From: a virus
IMG/VR virus record: IMGVR_UViG_3300045988_071280
DNA length: 64,000 nucleotides
Reading direction: 5' to 3' (one strand)
Shown: positions 18,748-27,111 of the stretch, in pieces
Numbering within the stretch: the first letter of the stretch is position 1
Layout of the letters: every line of letters begins with the position of its first letter
Notes under the pieces: model-generated
Told to the model about the DNA's origin: nothing
Database searches by the model: none
The model's input: only the letters and a program-made list of their open reading frames with translations
Program-made: the position numbers and the translations under genes

Positions 18748-18769
18748 GGATTTTGTATATAAAAATCCT
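18747..18769 (-). terminator. hairpin/terminator downstream of the lysozyme gene
   Basis: AGGATTTT / AAAATCCT 8-bp stem with a 7-nt loop in the 18712-18860 spacer. Confidence 0.4.
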
Positions 18770-18860
18770 ATTGTTTGGTAGTATTTAATAATTCTGAATT
18801 ATTTACCACCTTTTGAACCTTTACCTTTAGATTTGCTTTTAGATTTACAAGCCATAATGT

Positions 18861-19433
18861 TTAGGATTTAAATTTGTTAGATATATATGTATTTACCTCA
18901 TCTATTCTATTTAACCATCCTTTTAAAAATTTACTTTGAGAAGGTTTTCTATCTACTATTGATTGATAATATTCTTTTCTTTGGGAAATAAATTCTTGAA
19001 GCAGATTTTTAGAATTGCATAAATTCGCTAATCTAATTGTAGTTGGTCCAATTTTCCCATCTATATCTAAGGATTGTCCTAAATTTGAAATAGCTTTTTG
19101 AAGGCATTTAACACCATTAGAAACACCAGCATTAACGGAATGGTCTAATAGATGGGCTGAGATATAAATGTTGCTTATATCATCTATTTTACATTTATCA
19201 TAAAAATTATCTTTATAGAATTGTTCTACTAAATCTTCTAATTCTTTAACTGTTGTTATAATCTGTCCTCTTTTTAATGGTTTAAATTTATCAATAATCC
19301 TCCATCCTTCCCATTTAGGGAAATTAGCACGGGATATTCCACAATATGTCTCCTTCCCGGAGTCGTCGGGGTCAAATACATAACCTCCCTCGTTTTTTAG
19401 GATCATTGATATAAGAATGTGGGATTTATTCAT
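18861..19433 (-). CDS. GH108-family lysozyme with C-terminal peptidoglycan-binding (PG_binding_3-like) domain
   Basis: N-terminal ILKNEGGYVFDPDDSGKETYCGIS matches the GH108 EGGY..DP.D.GG.T..GI signature. C-terminal IDGKIGPTT is typical of the associated PG-binding domain. Confidence 0.75.
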   Translation of the reverse strand: MNKSHILISMILKNEGGYVFDPDDSGKETYCGISRANFPKWEGWRIIDKFKPLKRGQIITTVKELEDLVEQFYKDNFYDKCKIDDISNIYISAHLLDHSVNAGVSNGVKCLQKAISNLGQSLDIDGKIGPTTIRLANLCNSKNLLQEFISQRKEYYQSIVDRKPSQSKFLKGWLNRIDEVNTYISNKFKS

Positions 19434-19454
19434 TTAAATATATATTTATTAATA

Positions 19455-20126
19455 TTATTTAGTCTTTACATATTCCGGATCATTATTATCCTGAATTTTC
19501 ATGTATTTAAATACAGACTTACCTAATCTCTTATATGCGGAATCTGTTTTTAATTTCTCTGCTTTTTTAGCTTGGCGAATTAAGACTCTAGTATTCTTCC
19601 TAGAAAATATTCTCTCTCCACCTTTTATTTTATACTGTACTTTACCGTTAGTAGAAAGTATCTCCAATAAATCTTCTAAATCATCAATATCATTCTCTAT
19701 CTTGTCTTTAGGAGATTCATCCTCTAAATCTTCTAAATAATCTAATTTTTCTTCAAGTACTTCATCTAATCCCTCAAACTCTACACTTTCTCCAGATCGA
19801 ATTCCGGAATTATTAGATACCTCTAATACGAATAATACATTCTTTTCAGATATAATACTTGTATCATTAGGTTTCCCTTCTTTATTAGATATTACTTTAA
19901 ATTCTGGAGAGATGAAGATTATATCTAAATATAAAGGAGTATCTTTCATCCAATAATTTACTTCTTCTTGTACTTCTGGATATATAAATAGAAGCCCTTG
20001 ATTTTTAGATAAACTTTCTATATGCATAAATCCATGTTCTCTTTCCCAGTCATCTATAGCAGTATCACAGAGGTATTCTTTATTATGTACTTTAACTTTT
20101 ACAATTGATTTTTTTAATTCTGACAT
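19455..20126 (-). CDS. DUF192 (COG1430)-like domain protein with charged C-terminal tail
   Basis: EREHGFMHIESLSKNQGLLFIYP...NYWMKDTPLYLDIIFISPEFKVI...VLFVLEV...GIRSGESVEF follows the DUF192 pattern (G.M..L...GMLF...WMKNT..PLDI.F...VLE...G). Confidence 0.55.
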   Translation of the reverse strand: MSELKKSIVKVKVHNKEYLCDTAIDDWEREHGFMHIESLSKNQGLLFIYPEVQEEVNYWMKDTPLYLDIIFISPEFKVISNKEGKPNDTSIISEKNVLFVLEVSNNSGIRSGESVEFEGLDEVLEEKLDYLEDLEDESPKDKIENDIDDLEDLLEILSTNGKVQYKIKGGERIFSRKNTRVLIRQAKKAEKLKTDSAYKRLGKSVFKYMKIQDNNDPEYVKTK

Positions 20127-20135
20127 AATTATATA

Positions 20136-20948
20136 TTATTTAAAATAAGGATCCTCATCATCAGCATAATAATTCTTCATGTTATCTCTTAACAAATAAG
20201 ATCCTACTTTGGGATTAAATTTAATATCTTCTCTAATTTCCAAGGATTTTTCTCTTTTAGGAATAGTGTATTTTCCTGTAACTATAGAAGGAAAGTCGTA
20301 TGTATCATTTACTTTGATAGTATTATTATCCTTATCCCATTGAATGGTAAAATTCCCGAAAAGATCTAATCCTGTTGCAAAATGCTGATTCTTATCCGGA
20401 CGTTCTATATATTTAACAGTTAATCCTTCATTAACTACTTTCGGCTCTCCAGATTCTAGTACCTCTTTTCCAGTTCTATATATTTTTTCTAATCTAGATT
20501 TACTAGGTAATTCTGGAAATTTTTCTATATATTTATCATAATTACGTAGAATTTTACCTACATTTAAGGTATCTACCATAGATTGTACTCTACGGGCTAC
20601 AGGTTGTGGGATTCCTACATATTCAGTATTTTTAGGATCTTTATCTTTGTCAGCATTTATCCTAGCTTTGGAAGATTTTATTAATCTCGAATCCTTTCCT
20701 AAATTTAAATAATGTTTAAAGAAAGCCTCTTCAATAGGAGTTGCTAATTCCCTTTCTTCTCGGATTGGAACTGGAGTATTAGTATAATTTAAATATGGAA
20801 GACGTATGTAATAAGGAGCACTCCAATAACCATCAGCTGGATTGAGAAAATTATATACTCTCTCTGCTTGAGTTTGTTTTATATTACTTTTTCCTCCATT
20901 CTGATACTTTTGTATTAAATAAGAATTTACTCTATTTAAATTTAACAT
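20136..20948 (-). CDS. virion-block protein, 270 aa, unknown function
   Basis: ORF with the N-terminal QKYQNGGKS motif shared with neighbouring proteins. Confidence 0.75.
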   Translation of the reverse strand: MLNLNRVNSYLIQKYQNGGKSNIKQTQAERVYNFLNPADGYWSAPYYIRLPYLNYTNTPVPIREERELATPIEEAFFKHYLNLGKDSRLIKSSKARINADKDKDPKNTEYVGIPQPVARRVQSMVDTLNVGKILRNYDKYIEKFPELPSKSRLEKIYRTGKEVLESGEPKVVNEGLTVKYIERPDKNQHFATGLDLFGNFTIQWDKDNNTIKVNDTYDFPSIVTGKYTIPKREKSLEIREDIKFNPKVGSYLLRDNMKNYYADDEDPYFK

Positions 20949-20969
20949 AGCATTATATATAAAAGGCTA

Positions 20970-21005
20970 TATTTAAATAGAATATATTTCAATTCTATTT
21001 AAATA
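20970..21005 (-). repeat. perfect 14-bp inverted repeat (AT-only hairpin) between genes
   Basis: tatttaaatagaat (20970-20983) and attctatttaaata (20992-21005) with an 8-nt loop, between the stop at 21014 and the ATG at 20948. Confidence 0.6.
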
Positions 21006-21013
21006 TACCTACA

Positions 21014-22213
21014 TTATTCAGTTTCTTTAATTACTTTACCCTTATCGATAGTATTATGTAATATCTCCTTAACTAGTAACTTTCCTGCCTCAATAGCAGC
21101 TTCATCAGTATCTTCTTTATATAATTCCTCTAATTTCTCAGTGACTTCTAATCTAAGAATCAACTCTTCCCGTTCTATTTCCGCTACTTGAGATATCTTA
21201 TCCCCTTCCTTTAATATAACAGGAATACCTTTTCTAGATATATCTTCTGTATCTAAATGATGAAGTTCTTTATGTAATTTACCTTCTGGAATTATATTCT
21301 TTTCTCCAATCTTACCACCATCTTTATATTTAAGGATATTTTTCTGAGATTTAGCATATTTAATTCTAAAAGATTCTAGGAATTTAAATCCATCTCTTCC
21401 GAATCGGATATTATTTAATCCTCCCGATTGTTCTAGTTGTAATTTATTTGCGAACATATCAGAAGAACTTGCTGCTCTTGCTGATTTATCTGATGCATCT
21501 GTTAAGATATCATCTATAGTATCTTGATATCCCTGAGCTTTATCCATTTTTCTATTAGCTTTTTTTCTAGCTTTACTAGAATATAAACCATATTTTTTTC
21601 CACTTAATGTTCCAGCATCCGAAATAAATTTACCAGTTCCGGTATAAGAAGAGTTGTTCGCTATATTTTGATCTACAGTAAATGTTCTAGATTTTTTTCC
21701 GCCGAAATTATTAATCATTGCTGCTGGAGTAAGAGAAAGTAATTTACTCCCAAGAATAGCATCTGATTTAGTCATAGCATCATTATAATTACCAAATTTA
21801 CTTATAATATCAGATACAAGACCACCAACTTTCATAATTCCTCCTACTAAAGGATTTATCATCATTACTATATTAGAAGCAGAATCAAATGCTTTATCTC
21901 CAGCTTTTTTTAAATCCGCATATTTTCCTGTAGGTTCTTTTCTTCCTATAAGAGTAGAAGTAATATCTGCTGCTTGTCCTATAATATTCCCAGTAGATGC
22001 CGATTTACTTATTCCAGAATTATTATTTAAATTAGCACTAGCTACTGTACCTTTAAACTTATTCCATCCTCTACCTAAAGCTCCGGATCCGGTTTTTCCT
22101 AAAGTAGCATTTTGTAATGCCATTGTATTTAATTTAAGAGGTTCGCTAGCACTAACTGCACCAATTAATGGTTCGCTTGATGTGAGTACTCCTCCAATAT
22201 TAAATTTTTTCAT
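21014..22213 (-). CDS. virion-block protein, 399 aa, unknown function
   Basis: ORF with N-terminal MKKFNIGG motif and an internal LKYKDGGK. Gly/Ser/Ala-rich first half. Confidence 0.8.
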   Translation of the reverse strand: MKKFNIGGVLTSSEPLIGAVSASEPLKLNTMALQNATLGKTGSGALGRGWNKFKGTVASANLNNNSGISKSASTGNIIGQAADITSTLIGRKEPTGKYADLKKAGDKAFDSASNIVMMINPLVGGIMKVGGLVSDIISKFGNYNDAMTKSDAILGSKLLSLTPAAMINNFGGKKSRTFTVDQNIANNSSYTGTGKFISDAGTLSGKKYGLYSSKARKKANRKMDKAQGYQDTIDDILTDASDKSARAASSSDMFANKLQLEQSGGLNNIRFGRDGFKFLESFRIKYAKSQKNILKYKDGGKIGEKNIIPEGKLHKELHHLDTEDISRKGIPVILKEGDKISQVAEIEREELILRLEVTEKLEELYKEDTDEAAIEAGKLLVKEILHNTIDKGKVIKETE

Positions 22214-22223
22214 TTTAATTTAT

Positions 22224-25200
22224 TTAACAAAAACTTATTTCAAACATTGTTTGTAATGCGGTAATAATAACTCTCTTATCTCCACTATATTTAACTCTAA
22301 TCTTTATATACTTATCTCTAGGTCTAGTTTCTTCAATTTTTAATTTAATATTCCCTTTACTCCCTCTTTGATATTTAAAAGGTTCTAAAGTTACATTAAC
22401 AAAATCTTCTTGATATCTAGTATTACCTTTAATAATACCACAAGTAGACATATCCTTAATAGGTTGAATTCTTCTTAAACTATACTCAGATAATCTATCG
22501 TCATAAAATATAATAGCAGAACTTCCGATGTTATTATTATTACAATCTTTATTATCAATGAATTTTATATAATTATCTACTTCATTTTCTTCTTTCTCTC
22601 CCTTTTGTACTAAATATGAACCTTCTTTTAAATCTGGGACGTTAGAGAAATCATAAGCATCACCAATTACTTCAAATGAGACTAATTCTGGGAGGACATT
22701 ATTTGAGATGATAAAGAGATTTGTGAAAACTTTATGGTATCCAACATTTTTATTTACAACAAATTCGAATTCAAATGGGTCATATGATAGAGGTACTCCT
22801 TTTGAATCTCGCTCTTTATACCATGAAGTTGGGTAGATTTTTTCTTTGTTGTCAAATATTCCAGCTACTCCGTGTCTCCAGAAATAAGTAGGATTTTCCC
22901 AATATTCCTCAGATGTTCTTAAATATACAATATCATTATATCTATTACTAACATCTACTCCAATTTCTTCTATATTATCAGTTATTGATTCATTTCTTCC
23001 TCTAACTAATTCTGCCTGTATATTTAAAGAATAGTATATGGAAGATATATCAATATCTTCTCCTTTACTATATTTATTTCTTATATTAGAGTCTGATGAT
23101 TTTAAAACTAGATAAGTTGTAATATTCTTAATATTATCAGATGTACCTTCTTCATATGTAACTAATTTAAAATCATCATTATCTGGATAATCTTCCGAAT
23201 TATTAAAACTGTATTTAGAATATTTAATTCTGAATTTATCAGAGTCTAAATTTAATTTAATATGTAACTTCCCTATAATAATATCTTTAGTTATTCCAGA
23301 ATTTATTAAATTAGGAATCTCTACTCCGGAATAATTAACCCTTAATTTAGAATTATTTGGATCTTCTAAATTATATTTAGATAATATATTAGTATATTTA
23401 TTATCTTCAAAAACACTTCCTAAAACTATTCCGTAAGAACTCTTAGAATTTTTCCAAGAAGAGGCTACTCTAGAAGTAGATTTAGAATCTTCCTTATTAC
23501 TAGAAAAGTATACGTTAGAAATATTTTCTGACATTAATGGAATCCACGAATATCTTGTTGTCCATAATTGTAACTTCTCATTATAACATAGATTCCACTC
23601 TTTAGATGTTATCAGTTCTCCTACATTGTTGCTTTCTTTAACATCATCATAGAATGTAAACATTACATCAAATTTAAATTTGTTATAATGAGTTTTTACA
23701 TTTCTAACTCCAACAAGAGGTTCTCTTTCTCTTTCTAGTAAAGAAATATTATCATTTAAATATTTTTGTATCTTAAAGTCCGAAATTACTTCAAAAGTTC
23801 TTCCATTAGTTCTCCATATTTTCTTAGCTATAGTATCTACCCCATAAACAAAATTATCCGTTCTCAATATAGAATCTTTCCACTGAGAACCATACATTTT
23901 AGATAATAAAATTGGACGTTCTGGAAGAACATTGTTAGAATTTAAATATACAGGATTATTTAATTCTCCAGCTGTTTGAATTCTTTCGTTTACAGGAATT
24001 AATCCAGTTCCTCTTTCGAATACAACAATTAAATTTCCGAACCATTCTACAATTGAGGTTATATTACCATATTCATGATTATAATCTTTATAATTATTTA
24101 ACTGAAATACTCTATATGAATTTTTATATGCATCTGATATAAATATATCTGAATACATTATTCTATTTGAAAACTCATTTTTTATATAAGGAACATCTGG
24201 AACGACAAAATGATATTTATCAGAAGTAGAACTATTTAATCCTGAATTATATAAAGTACTTTCTGGAATTTTATATTCTCCAGAAGTATTAAATCTAGAT
24301 ATAGGATAGAATGTTCTAGGATGTCCATTGAGTGCAACTTCTGATACATTTGTTTCATCTTCACATCGTAATGCAAAATTTATATTAGACGCACAATTAA
24401 ATGTAACCCAATGTCCAATTCCCACTGCATTAACATCTCCTCTATTTATTAATTCCGCTTTTTCTAAATCAAGAGCTCCAGTATCAGATCCGGAATAATT
24501 ATTTTCCCATGTATTAGGATCTACTATAGTATCATTAGTTGGACTTTCAGGATCTTGAAAATTTCTACACATTCTATGAGTAAAGCTCCCATAATAACAA
24601 TCTCCTCTATAACATATCATAGAATCGTTAGTATATTCCCAAGCTTGTCGATCTGAAATAGAGTAATATGAAGATAAATCACTAAATCTAGATTTAAAAT
24701 AATCCTTCATTAAGGATTCATTATATCCAGGAATCATTACCTCAAATATCCTACAATTTCCAATAATTCCCTCAGTTCCTACATAAGGACCCCAAGACCC
24801 TCGTAAAAGATTTTTAGCTGTTCTACTAGTATCTTCTTTATAAAAATATTTAAATTTATAAGCAACTTCTGCTTCTCCAGCTCTAGATGAGAAATCAGTA
24901 GTTCCAGATGTTTTTAATTGTATATTATCATCTATATATGTAAGACTTACATCTTTTATAGTAGATATATCTGAAGTAGTATTATCTTTATATCCATCTA
25001 TATAATAATGTCTTTCATTATTTCCTTGAATAAAATATTTTTTGTTTGACTGTATAGAAGATTCCCTACATACAAATTTAGATCCATTAAATATTTGAGA
25101 GTAAAATTCTGAGTTTAATTCTGCTTCTGGAATTATAGAAGCATAAGATGTAGCAAAAGTTGTTGTTAATACTCTATCAGGATAATCGCTAGTTAGAATA

Positions 25201-27110
25201 CTTTTTCCATTATTATTTGCAATAAAAGATTCTGTAAAATATATAGTATCCTCAATTGGAAGTACCGGAAGATGAGAAAAGGATTCTAAACCAATTGTGA
25301 TTCCTTGACAATATACAGTTGGCACTCGCTTTTGTCTAACAAAGAAAAATCCTTTAGTATATTTTTTTAATTCTTCTATAACTTTTGGTTGAAATTTAAA
25401 TTTAATTCCTAAAGGAAGATAATTATTTCCTTCGTCAAGAGCACTACTTTCAGAAGATCTTTTCAATCTAACTACTCCTCTAGCATTTGAAAGTACGACA
25501 CTATCTCCAGAAATAAACCCTTCTTCATTTACTTCTATGTAAGATCTTATCTTCTCTCCAAAAGTATTTTCTTTATATATTTCAAATTCTTCAAATTCAG
25601 AATTATTTCTTAAGTCTCCCCCTCTTATATTAAATACTGGAGAAAGAGTATAATCATTTAATATATAAACAATTCCAAATCTATAAATATCTTCCCAATA
25701 TCCTAATCTATAATATATATTATATGGGTTGTAATATCCTCCTTGATTAAGAGAGTTTGTAGAAGTACCATACATTTTATATTCAGCATCTACTCTACCA
25801 ATAGAGTCTTCTGAATATATTTCGGGACAAATTCGTAAAGATAAATCAGCTAATTCTTTATATGGAACAGTTACTTTATCAATATTACCTAAAAATAATC
25901 TATTCTGAACTTGAGCTTGGGTTTTAGCTTTATCTATTATATTATAAGAAATATTTATATCATTAAGACTAATTTCAGAAACTGGCTCTAAACCAACTAT
26001 AGTTATATCACAAATAGTATTTATTACTACATATTTATCCTCTATTTTATATGCTTTAGTAATCTCTGTTCCATTTTCAGTTCCAGTACATCTTGTATAA
26101 TAAATACTTATATAATTATAAGAGGTGTCTATATTAGATAGTAAGAATTTAATTAATTTATGAGAATTTGTATCATATAATCCACCTTTTATAGTTTTAG
26201 CATCATCTAAATCTCCTAAGAATACTGAAACAATTCCACTTTCAGAAACAAAATCTGTTTCATTTCCATCAGAATCTACATATTTAAAATAAAATACATA
26301 ATTACCAACTTTCAACTCTCCTCCACTTTGTACTCCTTTAAATTCGAGAATTGGAATTTGATTTATAGACTTATATAAATTAACTTCCCCGTTTAAAGAA
26401 TCTTCATCATAGATATTTGTGTCATTATTTCCTTCTCTATCTACTACTTTATACATTCCGTTTTCTAAAGGAGTAAATCTAGAATTTATTAGTCTAGGAG
26501 TATTTAAATCATCATTTAATATTAGATTAACTGAACCATCATAAGATTCTTGTATCTCTATATCTATAGGGTGATTTAAATCAAAATTAAGATCTTTTGT
26601 AGTAAAATCTACTAACTCTCCTTTATAATTAGATATAATAAATTTTTCATCTCCATTATTTATACTTACTTCTTCATTATCAAAGTTTAAAGGATTTAAT
26701 CCAAATACTTCTCTGGGAGTATATTTTTTTAATGGGGAAGATAAAGTAGATGTTGTATAATTATACTTATTATCAATATCACCTGGTTGAGTTTCACTTA
26801 TTACATATTGAGTATCTATATTTTCTTCTGTAATATATATTGTAATAGGTTTAGAGAATTCTACAGTATAGTTGGTATCTGAATTTTTTTTATACTTTAA
26901 AACTTCTAAAATATCTAAAGTTGCTTCTATATTTTGATTGGAAGATTTTAATAAATATCTTCCACTAACATCATTTTTTAAATATCTATTACCAGAAATC
27001 CTTAAATTACGAAAAGGATTATATTCATAAGCTAAAAATCCTTCTGTTTGAATTACTTTATAATAAATATTAAACTTAATATCAAATGGTACTGATATAA
27101 AACTCTTCAT
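22224..27110 (-). CDS. large tail/virion structural protein, 1628 aa
   Basis: Uninterrupted 1628-aa ORF, N/Y/S-rich and beta-type in composition, adjacent to a second large structural ORF. No catalytic motif recognised. Confidence 0.8.
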   Translation of the reverse strand: MKSFISVPFDIKFNIYYKVIQTEGFLAYEYNPFRNLRISGNRYLKNDVSGRYLLKSSNQNIEATLDILEVLKYKKNSDTNYTVEFSKPITIYITEENIDTQYVISETQPGDIDNKYNYTTSTLSSPLKKYTPREVFGLNPLNFDNEEVSINNGDEKFIISNYKGELVDFTTKDLNFDLNHPIDIEIQESYDGSVNLILNDDLNTPRLINSRFTPLENGMYKVVDREGNNDTNIYDEDSLNGEVNLYKSINQIPILEFKGVQSGGELKVGNYVFYFKYVDSDGNETDFVSESGIVSVFLGDLDDAKTIKGGLYDTNSHKLIKFLLSNIDTSYNYISIYYTRCTGTENGTEITKAYKIEDKYVVINTICDITIVGLEPVSEISLNDINISYNIIDKAKTQAQVQNRLFLGNIDKVTVPYKELADLSLRICPEIYSEDSIGRVDAEYKMYGTSTNSLNQGGYYNPYNIYYRLGYWEDIYRFGIVYILNDYTLSPVFNIRGGDLRNNSEFEEFEIYKENTFGEKIRSYIEVNEEGFISGDSVVLSNARGVVRLKRSSESSALDEGNNYLPLGIKFKFQPKVIEELKKYTKGFFFVRQKRVPTVYCQGITIGLESFSHLPVLPIEDTIYFTESFIANNNGKSILTSDYPDRVLTTTFATSYASIIPEAELNSEFYSQIFNGSKFVCRESSIQSNKKYFIQGNNERHYYIDGYKDNTTSDISTIKDVSLTYIDDNIQLKTSGTTDFSSRAGEAEVAYKFKYFYKEDTSRTAKNLLRGSWGPYVGTEGIIGNCRIFEVMIPGYNESLMKDYFKSRFSDLSSYYSISDRQAWEYTNDSMICYRGDCYYGSFTHRMCRNFQDPESPTNDTIVDPNTWENNYSGSDTGALDLEKAELINRGDVNAVGIGHWVTFNCASNINFALRCEDETNVSEVALNGHPRTFYPISRFNTSGEYKIPESTLYNSGLNSSTSDKYHFVVPDVPYIKNEFSNRIMYSDIFISDAYKNSYRVFQLNNYKDYNHEYGNITSIVEWFGNLIVVFERGTGLIPVNERIQTAGELNNPVYLNSNNVLPERPILLSKMYGSQWKDSILRTDNFVYGVDTIAKKIWRTNGRTFEVISDFKIQKYLNDNISLLEREREPLVGVRNVKTHYNKFKFDVMFTFYDDVKESNNVGELITSKEWNLCYNEKLQLWTTRYSWIPLMSENISNVYFSSNKEDSKSTSRVASSWKNSKSSYGIVLGSVFEDNKYTNILSKYNLEDPNNSKLRVNYSGVEIPNLINSGITKDIIIGKLHIKLNLDSDKFRIKYSKYSFNNSEDYPDNDDFKLVTYEEGTSDNIKNITTYLVLKSSDSNIRNKYSKGEDIDISSIYYSLNIQAELVRGRNESITDNIEEIGVDVSNRYNDIVYLRTSEEYWENPTYFWRHGVAGIFDNKEKIYPTSWYKERDSKGVPLSYDPFEFEFVVNKNVGYHKVFTNLFIISNNVLPELVSFEVIGDAYDFSNVPDLKEGSYLVQKGEKEENEVDNYIKFIDNKDCNNNNIGSSAIIFYDDRLSEYSLRRIQPIKDMSTCGIIKGNTRYQEDFVNVTLEPFKYQRGSKGNIKLKIEETRPRDKYIKIRVKYSGDKRVIITALQTMFEISFC

Positions 27111-27111
27111 C

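Noticed and set aside
18799-18855. 18-codon micro-ORF MACKSKSKSKGKGSKGGK starting 5 nt after the lysozyme stop. It shares its first four residues (MACK) with the giant ORF at 3222.
   Set aside because: It is too short to support from sequence alone. It could be a real K/G-rich peptide, but I have no evidence beyond tight spacing.
20970-21005. The 14-bp perfect inverted repeat, considered as a protein-binding operator or recombination site.
   Set aside because: It is purely A/T, occurs once and sits where a transcript-end hairpin would be expected. It is reported only as a repeat.
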